From the NCBI GenBank assembly GCA_977017645.1, contig OZ360245.1, positions 26,226,001 to 26,290,000 of the forward strand: a DNA stretch of 64,000 nucleotides, read 5' to 3'. The notes below the pieces were generated by a model that made no database searches, had not been told where the DNA came from, and was given only the letters and a program-made list of their open reading frames with translations. Shown piece by piece: positions 37,921-51,595 of this stretch; position 1 is the first letter of the stretch; every line of letters begins with the position of its first letter. The translations under genes and the position numbers were made by a program. The stretch comes from Torpedo marmorata (taxonomy: Eukaryota).

Positions 37921-38784
37921 AGATTGGAACCTTATTACGAGTGCCATGCTCTGGGAGTGTATCTTGTATATTCAATTGACTAACAAATGTTGCATACAAC
38001 CCTGTAGTTCAAGGAAATTAATTCTACGATCACACATATAAAAAAAAGCTTGTGGTTTTACTGCCATCATTTGAAAGCAAAAGAATATATAGCATATGAG
38101 TAAAATATGTTGTGAGGCACAGCAACAGTTTAAAGCTTCCGACCAGAAATCATAAAGGCATGAGATGGTTTAACATATGCCAGGCATAACAAAAAAGTCT
38201 CCAGTTTTATGTCATTTCTTCAAAAACATACTAGCCTGCCTCAAAGTAATTTTTACAGACCAGTAAATAATTGTGGTGGATTATTTCTGCAGCATTACTG
38301 TCACTTTCTTTGACTAGATTTATTTAAAGTACCCAGTTGTTTGAACCACTGCATTAGTCATAAATAAATTGCCAATTGCACGAAGGCACTGTCTTCAGTT
38401 GGAGAAATATTTTTATGGGACATATGAGGTTTCTACACCTCAGATAACCACTTTATCACACAATAGAGGGCTCTGAGCTTTGAGACACTCTGGTGTGCTA
38501 TTAAAATGCTAAAGTAACCAAAGGCAGCATCCTTAAACATCTGGACTATAAAATGGCCCAACCTTCGACCCTTCCAGAGATTTGTTTTTTCCGGAAAAAA
38601 ACATGCAACAAAAGATTTTTACACTGGCAGAATCAAAGGGTTAAATGTCATCCAAGTGTTTCATTGGTTTGAACCACACTGGTACAGTATATTATACAGG
38701 ATGTGAAGTATCTCAACATTAATCCTTATGAAACGTGTGTATTTGCTTGTGGGATCTTTTAAGCCACTCTTCATTTCTACCTTT

Positions 38785-38985
38785 AAAAAAAAACAGAGGA
38801 GTCTGCAAATAATTAGCAGGTCTGACAGAATCTGTGGAGGAAGAAACAGAGTTAACATTTCAGGATATTCAGGAAGATGGAATTAACCTGAAACATTAAC
38901 TGTGTTTCTTTCCATACAGCTGCTACCTAAGACTGCTGAGCATTTCCAGGTTTTATTTCAGATTTTAAGATCCTGGAGATGTTTT
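38785..38985. repeat. Old inverted Penelope-terminus pair
   Basis: Arms GAAACAGAGTTAACATTTCAGG / CCTGAAACATTAACTGTGTTTC around a ~22-nt spacer, extending outward with mismatches. Confidence 0.65.
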
Positions 38986-39396
38986 GCTTTTTGATTGCTG
39001 CTGATATCTCCAGCTCTTCTTTAATTCACTTCTCAAAGCATTTGTGCTTGTCCTATGGACCTTTATTTCCCTCAGTGGCATATGTGGACTTGTAATGTTC
39101 TGGAAATTAACTTGGGAAGATTTTACGATAAATACAACTTGCTTATTGCAAGAACTAGTAAGACGCAATGTATGAATAAACTATGACATTATGGGGCCTT
39201 CTTACCTCATTCTTGTGCGAGATCTTTACTCCTTTATCTCCTGTGCCTTTAGGTCCCCATAATGTTCAATGGAGTATTGCAAAACCTATTTACCGTAGTT
39301 TAGGAGCATAAATGGAAAATGGTCAGTTTACTGTGGTAGTCAACACTCAAGTGAACCTGAAGCATGGTGTGTACAAAATTCCTTGATTTTTTTTGA

Positions 39397-39612
39397 AAAT
39401 GTAGACATACAGCACGATAACAGGCCCTTCCGGCCCATGCCGCCCAATTACACCCAATTAACCTACGACCCCAGAACGTTTTGAAGGGTGGGAGGAAACC
39501 GGAACATCTGGAAAAACCCACGCAGAAACGGGGAGAATGTACAAACTCCTTACAGACAGCGCCGGATTCGAACCCAGGTCGCTGGCTCTGTAATAACATA
39601 GTGCATTAACGA
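39397..39612 (-). mobile_element. V-SINE copy
   Basis: Same family. Confidence 0.85.
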
Positions 39613-40666
39613 TCCCATTAACTTTAAAGCCACATTTCACGTTAATATACGTATACCACATTCCTTCAACCTTCTTCTGTCATGTTCAGTTTTCAAACCA
39701 GGCAAATTAACTGCTGGTGAGCCTCTATATCAGATTAATGTTGCCTTCATCTGATTTTAAGATATACTTCAATGGGAATTTGGCATAGAAGAGCTGCCGA
39801 GGTTGGTATCTGAACTCTTTCACATTTGCTGAGTTAATATCACAGCAGGGATGCAGATACCAATCAGTTTCTACAATCTCCCAATCTCTTCGGACATGAG
39901 ATACCTTGACAGCTTGAAGAGGTAGAGGGATCATTGAATTCTTCCAGGGTCCAGTCGTATCTAAAACTGATTTGCCAATCTGATTTCTTAGCTAAGAAAT
40001 GGTTAGGCTAAAGTGACAGGTGAGACAGGGCTAGAATTTGAACAGATTTCTTGATGGACCCGTGTAATGTTGATTGAAAATCCCACAATAACAGGCCGTC
40101 ATCTATTTACATCATCTCTCTTGGGTTTCTGTCAACCAGAAGAACCTTCTCAGTAATTTCAGTTGTTGGTTTTACTTTTAAGCTACCTGATAATTATTTG
40201 AAGTTATTTTTCTCGTATTCTGCTCTATTCTTTTGAACATGCTGACTGCTGCTTAGGTGTAATGTGACTAGACAGCTGCCCTTTTCGTCAGTCAAATGTC
40301 AGGACTTCATGAGATGTGTTAGCAGCCTGGTTGTCTGTGGGAGCACCACAGATGAGTGTGATTCTGCCCTCAGACAACAAGCCTACACCATCGTCTTGGT
40401 TATTAGGAAGAGATTGTATCAGAGGTATTGGTTGAACACCTCTATGCTCTCTTGAGGTGCAATTGTGGAATTTTGGCATTCCATGAGAGGAAAACAAGGC
40501 TGTGGGCCAAAAATTACTCCAGAATTGTGGAAAAGAATGGGAAAGGAGTTATCCCTCTCCCTCCCAATGCTGGGTGACAAAGATTCAGTGGCAAGGGTTG
40601 TAGGAAGATTTGCCACTCTTTATTTTACTCGCAAAACACACAATAAAGTCAATATGTTAAATCAGA

Positions 40667-41047
40667 GTAAAACACAAAAGTCTGCAGACACCGTGGTTGA
40701 AGTAAAAACACAATGCTGGAGAAACTCAACAGGTCAAACAGCGTAATTTAAATAGCAAAGATAAAGATGCATAACCAACTTTTCGGGCTTGAGCCCTTCA
40801 TCAAGGTATGAACAAAATGTAGGCAGGCGCCTGAATAAAATGGTGGGGGGAGGGGGTGGGAGGAGCACAGTCCCACAGGCAGTAGGTGGATAAGGGAGGG
40901 AGGGCACTATAGTAAACGGGAAGGGAGATGGAATGGCTCTGTGAATGGAGAGGGAAGGGGGTGGAGAGCTGAAGGAAAGGAGACAGAGGGTCAGGGTAGC
41001 GAGGGAGAACGGGAGAAGTCGATGTTAATGCCATCCGGTTGGAGAGT
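40667..41047 (-). mobile_element. Penelope-like element 3' end
   Basis: Minus strand: LQPDGINIDFS coding end, pyrimidine tract, hammerhead-like motif, terminal sequence. Confidence 0.85.
40770..40810 (-). ncRNA. Minimal hammerhead-ribozyme-like motif
   Basis: CATACC-TTGATGA-A-GGGC-TCAA-GCCC-GAAA-AGTT-GGTTATG: core boxes, 4-bp helix II, helix I CATACC/GGT(T)ATG; cleavage-site region mutated. Confidence 0.55.
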
Positions 41048-41249
41048 TAACAATATGTGAAACCGCAGAGAAATTAACAGTTCCAGGAACATTCAAAATC
41101 ATCTCCTACACCAAACCTAAAGGTTATTTTTTTTTAGCTTCGATGATTTTCCTGCATTCTGCTTAATACTTACATCAAAGAATCAGATATTAAATAAAAA
41201 CATATTTCTAGAGTGCTTTACAGTTTTCATTTATTTATACAATGTTTCA

Positions 41250-41440
41250 CTGGAGGCCAGGTCATTGGGTGTATTTAAGACAGAGATTGATAGGTTCTTG
41301 ATTAGCCAGGGCATCAAAGGTTATGGGGAGAAGGCCGGGCAGTGGGGCTGAGTGGGAAAATGGATCAGCTCATGATTGAATGGCGGGGCAGAATCGATGG
41401 GCCGAATAGCCTATTTCTGCTCCTATGTCTTATGATCATC
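41250..41440 (+). mobile_element. CR1 LINE 3' end
   Basis: TTTAAGACAGAGATTGATAGGTTCTTG..GATGGGCCGAATAGCCTATTTCTGCTCCTATGTCTTATG. Confidence 0.85.
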
Positions 41441-41559
41441 TCTTGCCATAATCTAAGGGCATAAAGCACTGTTGAAAAAGACAAAAACTCAAAAATATAA
41501 ATAATCAGAAAGACCTGCATTAATAAATGTTGTTTACGTTGTCCCAGCCTATGAAATTC

Positions 41560-41920
41560 CATAATGTAGGAAATGCAACAGCCAATAGGTGCACTGTAAC
41601 CTTTGAACCTTTCAACCTTTGAATTTCCCTGAAAGAGCGATACACAATGAAAAGTAAATATTATTTGTGATGATTATCTATTTTACTAATGTTGAGAGAG
41701 AATTAACACACTGATACTATGGCAGAGGATCTTTTGCGTTCACTCTGTGCTTTTTGCTTTACATTTCATTCAGAAGATTGTACAGCTGATGGTAGAGCAC
41801 ACTCCCAGTACTGTACTGGAGCAGCAGCCTCGGGATTTTAGCTCAGGTTTCGAGAGAGGTGTTTGAAGCCACAACCTTCTCTCTGTTGTAAGAGGGCTGC
41901 CAACTGAACCTCAACTGATA
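41560..41920 (-). mobile_element. Deu-domain SINE remnant (SacSINE1-like)
   Basis: Decayed antisense Deu motifs (GGATCTTTT, AGCACACTCCCAGTACTGTACTGGAG) plus tRNA-like head. Confidence 0.6.
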
Positions 41921-42929
41921 TTCAAGTTTCTCAGCCTAAGAATCAATAGCTGAGTATGATGAAAGGGTAATGGTAATTAACATTAATTTCATTTAAGTTT
42001 TCTGACATGGCTTTACATGATTTCATGATGCAAAATTACTTAATTACATAACTTCAAACCTTAAGTCAAAGTAAACCTTTCAATTTTGTAAACACAAGTA
42101 TAGGGTGGGCCTACAGAAATAAGGATACCGGTTTTAATCTACCTCCTGCCTTGTGTATTCACACAAACAAATACATTTAGAAGGTGTTCTGTTAGCCGAA
42201 TCACATTTCTAACCAACAGCTTGTGTGCACTGTGAAATAGAGTTAGAATGAATGCTTCACGAGCCCTGACAGGCCATCAAACAAAATGTCTAACATCCCA
42301 TTTCCTCCGGACTTCCTCTCCTGTTAATCCTTTTATGCGAGACTTGCTCAGAAGTAAACATGTGTGAAATTGAGGACTTTCCAATACACATCGCATGACA
42401 CGACTTCACTAAAACACAGCACTTCTCAGGCTCACTCCACAGAGCACTGGCAAGCAAAATTATATTTTGATCAATAGCAGGGACTTCTCATACATGGCTT
42501 CACATGCTCTCTCAGCCAATGAGTGGCTGCTCTATACCAATTTATCTCCGTCGTTTTTGGTGGATGTTTCGTGCTGTGTGTCTTTGTCTGGAGAGAGCTG
42601 TACACAGCAAACCTTTTCTCCTGAAAATTCATTATTCAGAATGCAATAATTCAAACAATGACAAGGGCTTAGTGCATGTTAAGCAGTTGGCAACTTAAAA
42701 ATCAAAGATAAATGAATGCTTGACTCTGCAAGCATTATTTTATAATACTTTAAAAGGGCAGCATACACAAGATGGTGTGATATTAGTTGAATTAACTTTT
42801 CAAAGAAAAAAAACAGGTGGAGGAAAATTTTAAAATATTATGTCAAAATGAGGGTATTGGATGATGGGTGTGAAGCATCTCTCTGAGTTCACTCATCTTG
42901 CAATTAAAATAAGTCCCTCCACAGCTCAG

Positions 42930-42966
42930 GGTAGGTTTCTTCTTCCCCCTGTCGTCTTTCCCCCAG

Positions 42967-43011
<45 letters not shown>

Positions 43012-43257
43012 CTTTTCCCTCGGTCTCCTTTCACAGAGCCAAAATCAATTCTCCCTCTTCTCTTATCATATCCAATTAACACCTTTTGTTGGTCTGGACT
43101 CCTCCCCTGGCCAGTCTTCAGTCTTTATTCTGACGTCTTCCTGTTCTTTGCTTATTCCTTGAGGAAGGGCTCTGGCCCGAAATGTCAGTAATATATCTTT
43201 ACCTCCTATGGACGTTGCGAGACCGGCTGAGTTCCTCCAGCATTTCTGTGTGTTTTT
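42930..43257 (+). mobile_element. Penelope-like 3' end including (CT)n microsatellite (~42969-43008)
   Basis: CCTTGAGGAAGGGCTCTGGCCCGAAATGTC motif and terminus matching 6986-7130. Confidence 0.8.
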
Positions 43258-46200
43258 TTTGGTAATATTTTATTTATCATTTTAAGTATATTTAACAATC
43301 AACAATCATACAAAATATAAAACATCAAGAGAACCCATCCCTCCACCCCCCATCGTAACTGGAGGTAACAAAAAAGGTCTTATTGGACAAGTCATATTTC
43401 TTCTTCAGCTGTTCAAATGACATGAAAAGTCCTTTTTCATAACAATCTTCCAGATGTTGTATCCCCTTATGATACCAGGTTTCCAAAATTTTATTGTTCA
43501 AAGTCATGGGCATAAGTTCATTTTGTCTTAAAGGTGTCTTCGGTGACAATCCTCTTTTCAGTCCAGAGCCTCCACAGGTCTCACACCATATTTTAACCAA
43601 GTGTTTTAAAATGGGGTTGTCTGTCCTGCTGGCTATAATTCTGGAATTCCATTTATACATGAAATCATTATACACCTTCTCTTTTAGAGAGTGCAATCCA
43701 ATTTGTACCCAGGAGGGGGTATCGTCCCTCTCAAAAAATGAAGAAATGAATCTTATTTGTGCCGCCAAATAATATTTTTTGAAACTAGGCAATCGGATGC
43801 CTCCTAATTTATAATCCCATGTTAACTTTTCCAAGGATATTCTGGGTACTTTACAGTTCCAAATAAATTGCCCAACATGCTTATTAAGGGTTTTAAAAAA
43901 GGTTTGAGGTAGTGGAATTGGCAAGGACTGGAAAAGGTACTGCAATCTTGGCAATATATTCATCTTTACACAGTTTTTCTATTTTTATATTTAGACATAC
44001 AGCACTGTAACAGGCCATTTCGGCCCTATGAGTTTGTGCCGCCCAATTTACACCCCATTAACATACACCCCCGGTACGTTTTAAATGGTGGGAGGAAACT
44101 GGAGCCCCCAGAGAAAACCCACGCAGACATGGGGAGAACGTAGAAACTCCTTACAGACAGCGCGGGATTCGAACCCAGGTCCGGTCCTGATCGCTGGCGC
44201 TGTAAAGGCGTTACGCTAACCGCTACGCCAACCGTGCCGCCCTCTGCCAATTAGAGTGATTGGCAAATTCATCCACCTACTCAAGTCTTCTTCGATTTTA
44301 CTAAGTAGCGGGAGGTAATTGAGTTTATATAAATTCTGAAGATCATCATCCACCATTGTTCCAAGGTATTTGATGCCAACCGAGGGCCATTTGAATGGAC
44401 TTGTTTGCTGGTACTCAGCGTGATCAAAATTTGTTAGTGGGATGATTTCACGTTTTCCCCAGTTTACCTTGTATCCTGAAACTTTGCCGTAAGCTTTTAA
44501 TAGAATCTGTTATTTAGTAAGGGAATTAATCGGATCCGTTAAATATAGGATTACATCGTCTGCCATAAGATTAATTTTGTGGTTTGTCTGACCCACCATA
44601 AAACCCTTTATCTCCGGGTCTTGTCTAATTGCCTCTGCCAAGGGCTCAATAGCCAAGACAAAAATTCCTGGAGATAAGGGGCAACCCTGTCGGCTCGATC
44701 TGCTCAAAGGGAACGCTGCCGAGATCTGTCCATTAGTGGCGACCCTAGCTTTGGGTCTGTAATAAAGAATTTTAACCCAATTAATGAACAGTTGCCCAAA
44801 TCGTAGCTTGGCCAAGACTCTAAATAAATACGGCCATTCCAGCCTGTCAAAGGCTTTCTCAGCATCCAGAGCCACAGCGACACTCGGTTCAGCCTTAGAC
44901 TTTGCATAGTGGATAATATTGAAGAGCTTACATTGGTTGTTGGCTGACCGACGTGTCAAAATAAAGCCGCTCTGGTCTGGATTTATTAATTTTGGCAAGT
45001 ATTGGCCAAGCCTGTTAGCCAGGGCCTTAGAAATCAATTTGTAATCTGAGTTTAGTAATGAAATGGGGCGAAATGAGGAACATTTCAATGGGTCCCTGTT
45101 TTTTTGATGAATCACAGTAATTATGGCAGTAGAAAATGATTCAGGGAGAGTTTGGGTTTTAGATGGTAAGTTAATTATATCCATGATGAGGGGTATAAGT
45201 AGATCATTAAATTCTCTATAAAATTATGGCGGGAAGCTATCCTCCCCTGGTGATTTATTGGACTGTAGTGAGCCCAAGGCTTTTTCCAATTTCTTTTGAA
45301 GTAAAGGGGAGGTCCAAATTTGCTTCATCTTCTTGGTCAAGTTTGGGTAGTTCAACAGTGGATAAAATGGTCATCAATCTTAGTCAGGTCTTCTGGGGAC
45401 TCTGATTTATATAGGTTTGTATAAAACTGTTTAAATGTATCATTGATTTCTGTTGGATTATGTGAAACTGAGCCCATTTCAGTCTGGATTGAATTTATTG
45501 TTCTCAAACTCTCCTCTGCTCTCAATTGCCAGGACAAGGCTTTATGTGCTTTTTCTCCCAGTTCATAATATCTTTGTTTAGTTCTTAGTATGGCTTTTTC
45601 AATTTTATAAGTGTGCAATGTATTGTACTTGAGTTTTTTTGTTGACAAGCACTTTAAATGTTTCTTTGGAGCTGGACTGTTGAAACTCCTTTTCCAATTG
45701 CAGAATTTCTGTTTCCAGTTCTTCTATGTCTGTCATGTATTTCTTCTTAATACCTTTTGTATATGAGATTATCTGTCCCCTAAGGTAGGCTTTTAATGTG
45801 TCCCATAGAATAAAACTATTGGGAGCAGGGGGACAGTTTATCTCACAGAACAACTTTATCTGGTCTCTAATGAATTTGCAAAATTCTGGTTTTTGGAGTA
45901 GGGTAGGATTCAGACGCCATCTGTATGAGTTAGCTGATTTTTCTGGCATCAAAATAGAGAGAGTCAGAGGTGAGTGATCCGACAAGGTTCTAGATAGGTA
46001 TTCAGATTCTAATGTCTGTGAATTAACTGTGTTGATAACAAAAAGAGGTCAATCCTAGTATGGGAGTCGTGAGGTGCGGAATAAAAGGAGTAGTCCCTGG
46101 TTCGAGGGTGTGTTTGCCTCCACACATCTGTCAAATTTAGATCTTTCATAAAAGCCAAAGTGGTTTTGGCCGCTTTTATTTTGGATACTGTTTGCGTTGA

Positions 46201-46882
46201 TTTGTCCAGGATAGGGTCCAAACAAAAATTGAAGTCACCCCCGATAAGTGTATTTTGTCGTCCCCCTGAAACCTTAAGGAAGATATCTTGAATAAAGGAT
46301 TCATCATCATAGTTAGGTGCGTATAGGTTTAAAAATGTCCAGGACTCTGAGTAAAGCTGACAATTAACTAATACATATCGGCCTGACGGGTCAATGATAG
46401 TTTCTCCAATCGTTACTGGCGTGTTTTTGTTTATCAGGATGGCTACCTTTCCTGGCTTTGGAATTAAAATATGACGATATTACATGTCCTACCCACTCTC
46501 TCCTTAGTTTCTCATGTTCCTGTGTAGTAAAGGTGGGTCTCCTGTGTAAAGCAATATCAGTTTTCATTTTTTTCAGGTGTGCCAAGACTCGTTTCCTTTT
46601 AACCGGTCCATTCAGCCCATTCACATTAAAGATAACAAATTTCACTACCTTATTCATTAATAATAATCACATATATATATATATATATACCGAAGTGTTA
46701 TGACCTCCTGTAAAATCTCCATACAAGTAAAAATGTGTCTCCTGTGACAGGGTAGCAAAAGATCGGATAAGGCACTGACATGGTTGACAAATTTAAAAAT
46801 AAAAATAAGAATAAAAATAAAAATCCCTCCCTCCACCCTCCCAACGCCAACCTCTGAACATTCGGCATTACCTTCCCCATTA
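43258..46882 (-). mobile_element. L1-clade LINE, 5'-truncated upstream of ORF2, 14-bp TSD TTCTGTGTGTTTTT
   Basis: TSD at 43244-43257 and 46883-46896; ORF2 pieces from 46657 (FNVNGLNGPVKRKRV) via RIDLFL, SDHSP, LDAEKAFDRLEW, RQGCPLSP, MADD, MNILPRLQYLFQ; many frameshifts. Confidence 0.95.
43986..44243 (-). mobile_element. V-SINE nested in L1 ORF2
   Basis: Interrupts the L1 motif PITLIGR|NCVKMNILP. Confidence 0.9.
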
Positions 46883-47882
46883 TTCTGTGTGTTTTTACTT
46901 TAAATTCTCTCTCCCTATTTACATAATGTTCCATTCATTCCTTTTTAAATCAACAAAATGCATGTGCCCTGTCCAAAGTGTCTGTTCATCAAATGTCAAA
47001 GGGTTTGCATTAAAACCTTCAGTATTTTGGCTGACAAACCACAATCACTGTTTTGCCTTAAGACTTGTCTTTCAAAACACTTTCACTGTTGGGTATTCTC
47101 TGGCAGATAAATGTTGAAAATCATCACTGATATTGCAAAGATATAGAGAGTATTTGATGATGAAGAGTGTTTTGAAATTTCTTCACCTTTCCAGTTGCTC
47201 TCTCCTATTTTTTCCTCTCTGTGCTTTCCTAATGACGATGTGACTCAGACTGTAGGAATAGAAACCCTACAAAATTTTCATAGATCTTTACATTTAAGTG
47301 CAGATACTTGTGAGTCAAGAGTAAGTGTGGGGATAATAATGTAAACCAGCACCTTAAAGGGAGAACCCTTCAACTAAGAAGGGTCCTCCCTTTAACTCAG
47401 TTAAAAGAAGGACCCTTCAACTCAGTTTGGCACAGACTAGAAGGGTTGAAGGGGCCTGTTTCTGTTCTATAGTGTAGTGTTCTAAGACTCCATGCGATTT
47501 CACGTGGCTGCTAGATCCTTGTTTCATTGTTATCCTTCAGATGCTGGAGAAATGGGAACATGTTCTGTGGGCTGTCTTTTCAGTCAAAGGGGAAGGGGAA
47601 GGGAAGGATAACATTAAATCCGTTAAATCTGATTAGGTAGTTAGCTCATGATCCATAAACTAAATATTACATTTTAGAAGGCTGCAGATTAGTCTTCTTA
47701 ACACCATTGTCAGTTTCTGGTGGATAAATTGACTAAAATGAACAGGATTTCTAGAGTTTATGAAAAAAAACTGTTACATAGCACTGAGAGTAGACATGCA
47801 TTTTTTGCTTCAATGAAAACCAGTCCCAGAATAACAGCAATACTGTACATACTAGGATCAAATATTGCTGCATGTAGCATAT

Positions 47883-48112
47883 GGGCGGCACGGTTAGCTT
47901 AGCGGTTAGCGCAATGCTATTTCAGTGCCAGCAACCCAGGTTCGAATCCGCAGCTGTCTGTAAGGAGTTTGTACGTTCTCCCCGTGTCTGCCTGGGTTTC
48001 CTCTGGGCACTCCCGTTTCCTGCGTACGGGGTTGTAGGTTAATTGGGGTATTTGGGCGGCACGAGCTCGTGGGCTGGAAGGGCCTGTTACCATGCTGTAT
48101 GTCTAAATTTAA
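47883..48112 (+). mobile_element. V-SINE copy
   Basis: GGGCGGCACGGTTAGC head, GGTTCGAATCC B-box. Confidence 0.9.
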
Positions 48113-48319
48113 AATGTAAATTTAGAAAATTTAAAACAATCGATGATTAAGGAAACTACATGGGAAACTCGGTGTAGCATAAAGGGAACTGTAAAAAAAT
48201 GGTTCAAATAAAGAATACAAAAGACTGCATGAGGAAAGGGAATCTGAACTGAAGACTGCAGCTGGAGGCTGTGGATTCTATTAATCCTGTGCTAAAATGT
48301 ATTTCCCCTCAAATGAGAT

Positions 48320-48570
48320 TGTTGTAACAATACACAACACGCTGGAGAAACTCATGAGGCCTTCCATTCCAGCCTTCTTCAGAAAACGTGGCTTCCCCTC
48401 AACTGCCATTAACTCAGCCCTCACCCTCTATTTCCCGCACATCTGCCTTGGCCCCTTACCACCCCCAGACGGAACAAGAACAGAGTTCCCCTTGCCCTCA
48501 CCTACCTCCCCACCAGCCTCCGCATCCAAACTGAGTTTCTCCAGCAGCATCTGCAGATTTTCTTCTTTAA
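48320..48570. mobile_element. Rearranged Penelope-like fragments
   Basis: ORF 48297..48602 has FFRKRGFPSTAINSAL, flanked by inverted terminus pieces GCTGGAGAAACTCA / TGAGTTTCTCCAGC. Confidence 0.65.
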
Positions 48571-48927
48571 CTCAAGATTGTTGTTGCAAAGATATATATT
48601 AATTGGTTTGATTGAAGTATATAAATTGTTCTTTTCATTCCTTCTATCCATTTAAAGACTTGTCCACAATGCTTCTTCTTGCATTGTTTCCCAGGCCATT
48701 CGATAGCCTAGATAACTTGGAGGAATGCGTTGAGTCTCTTTTTTGGTAATAACTATTTACTTCTTCAAAGTTTATCACAGATGGAGTGTTGTCATTCTCT
48801 AATTCTGTAGGTGCTATTAACTAATGTTGATGGTTAAAAGTAGTCAGTGGAATGGATTGAGGCCAAAAACACCAGCTGGGAAGATCTGCTCAACATTTTA
48901 ATTGAGGTCTTCCCACCTTCCTCACAG

Positions 48928-49175
48928 ATCAGAAACAGAATTTATTGTCATGAACATGTCACGAAATTCATTGTTTTGCGGCAGCATCACAGTGCAAACA
49001 TTTATATAAAACAGCTTACAAAATAAATAAAAATAGTGCAAGAAAAAGACAAAATAAGGCAGTATCTGTGGTTCATTGTTCATTTAGTAATCTGATGGCA
49101 GAGGGGAAGAAGCTGTCCTTGTGCCACTGAGTGCTCGTCTTCAGGCTCCTATACCTTTTTCTTGATGGTAGCAGT
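48928..49175 (-). mobile_element. Rex1-type 3' end
   Basis: Reverse complement of the 55790-56030 type sequence. Confidence 0.75.
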
Positions 49176-49609
49176 TGTGGAAGATGGAAAATAAAAAGCA
49201 TTGAGCATGTAAAACTGGCAATATAATACTGTTAAATAAGGAACTTCTGTTTAAAATCAAACACTGTTCACTCAAAAACAATTTTGATCAAATTACTACT
49301 TTGTGAGAGGTAAAAGACCTGTAGAATGATAAAGCACCCTACCCTGTCCAACAGGCTTGAGAATGACTTGCTTACACTCCAGAGGAGTGGGAGATGCTTG
49401 TGCATTATTTTAGAGCCATAGAACACAATAATACTTATGATGTTTTTTTCATTGTCACCTATTGCAGTGGAGGGGGATTGAATTTATACTGTTTGAAGTT
49501 ATATTTGAATATATATACATATGTGATATTGTATTTTCAATTTCGTTCCCTTTTCTTCATTGTATTGTATTTCATAAAAATCAATAAAAAAGATTGAAAA
49601 AGAAAGAAA

Positions 49610-49840
49610 GAACCATACAACACTACAGAACACAAACAGGCCTTTTGGCCCATCTAGTCTGTGCCAAATTTCATCCTGCCTCGCCCCATTGACCTGCACC
49701 CGGACCATAGCTCTCCATACACCTCCCATCCATGCACCCATCCAAATTTTTCTTCAATGTCAAAATCAAGCTCGTATTCACCACTTCAGTGGCCAGTTTG
49801 TTCTGTACTTGCACCACTCTCCGCACGAAGACGTTTCCCC
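49610..49840 (-). mobile_element. CR1 LINE 3' end
   Basis: Minus strand ends GATGGGCCAAAAGGCCTGTTTGTGTTCTGTAGTGTTGTATGGTTCT. Confidence 0.75.
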
Positions 49841-50011
49841 ATTTTATTTTTAATATGGGGTACCTTTTGTATGCTAGCTGCCTCTTGGCTTGACAGAGCA
49901 AATTCTTAATGATCCAACTCAAGAATTGATCTTAAACCACATAATAGACACACAAAAAACAATTTGTAACTTATTTTGAAAACTGTATTGAACTATTAAG
50001 AGATAAAAGGT

Positions 50012-50135
50012 GAGTGAAACACGAAAGTCTGCAGACGCTGTGATTGTAGTAAAAACACACCGAAATCCTGGAGGAACTCAGCCGGTCTTGCAGCGTCCAT
50101 AGGAGATAAAGTTATATTGCCAATGTTTTGGGCAT
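50012..50135 (-). mobile_element. Penelope pseudo-LTR terminus
   Basis: Closely matches 6986-7100. Confidence 0.75.
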
Positions 50136-50729
50136 TCAGATCAATCTAGCAGAGTCATAAGTATAAATCTTGAAAATGCCCTGATGATTCATTTACACCG
50201 TTAACACAAGACAAAGGATTATCATAGTAGAACCAGAATTATAATTTTCATGCATAATTAAGTACTTATTTTTTATGTTGGAATACAACATATGGTTTCT
50301 CATAGGCACACAGAAACACATGTTTATACAACATCAGGGAGCTCAGCACTGCTACTAACATTGTCTCTGTATGACTAAACAACCTTGACTGCTCTCCTTG
50401 ACAGTTTATTCAATTCAACATCTATTTAATGAGGCAGTTTAATCACAGCATCACACGGTTCTCAAGTTCAGTAGATTGGGGGTTCTAGACAATGTGTGAA
50501 CACCAAATAGAAACTTCTAGCAAAAGCTTTCAATAAAATCTTGTCCAGCCCCCTGCAACCCCTCCCTCCACCCAAGCCTCCATTCTCCATTTAAACATCT
50601 GAAGCTTTCAGCAATTGTGTCAACCTTTGAGGCCTAGACTTTTTCAAACTTTAGATTTTGCTGGATCAGAACACCCAGAAGCCCTTTGAAAGGAACTGGC
50701 ATGGTAGGCTGGTCCGGAAGATTATACCT

Positions 50730-51595
50730 CAAGGGATCCTTGGCGGGCTAGCCAATTGGATCCAAAATTGATTCAGCGGTAGGAGTAAGAGGGTGGTTTT
50801 CCTGACTAAAGGCCTATTACCAGCGATCAGTGCTGGGCAACTGTTGTTCGTCAAATGGCCTGGATAAGAATGAAAGTGACATGGTTGGTAACTTTGCAAG
50901 TGACACCAAGATTGGTGGTACAGTGGCCAATGAGGAATGTTATCTAAGATCACAACAGGAGTTTGATCAACAGAATCAGTGGACAAGGAATGGCAAATGG
51001 AATTTAATTCAAGTAAGTGTGAGGTGTTGCATTTTGATAAGTCAAACTGGGCCAGGACTTACACCGTAAATGTTAGGGCCCTGGGGAATGTGCTGCAACA
51101 GGGGCACAGACTCATAGTTCCCTGAGAGTGGTGACACAGGTAGACAGAGTGGTGAAGAAGGCATTTGGTGTCCTTTCCTTCATTGGTCAGAGCATTAAGT
51201 AAAGGAGTTAGGACATCATGTCATGGCTGTACAAGATTCTGGTAAGGCCACATTTGGAACACTTCTGCAGTTCTAGTTGCTATAGAAAAGAAGCATTAGG
51301 ATGTCATTCATCACTATGAGAGTCGAAAACAAAAGGGCATGGGTTTAAGTTGAGGAGGGAAAAATTTAAATGGGATCTGAGGGGCAACTTTCCCACACAG
51401 ATCGTGGTGTGTAAAGGAATGAGCTGTCACAGAAAGTGTTAGAGGCGAGTACACCTCTGACATTTAAAGGACATTTGGATGGGTATAGGAAAGGGTTAGA
51501 GGGATATGGGCCAAGTGCAGGCAAGTGGGATGAGCTCAGATGGACGAGTTGGATCGATGGGTCTATTTCTGTGCTGTATAACTCTATAACTCTGT
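50730..51595 (+). mobile_element. Decayed CR1 LINE (RT to 3' end)
   Basis: FASDTKIGG motif; CR1 tail TCTGTGCTGTATAACTCTATAACTCT. Confidence 0.85.

Noticed and set aside
38560-38645. piggyBac-like MITE ending AGGGTTAA
   Set aside because: No matching TTAACCCT left end or convincing TIR.
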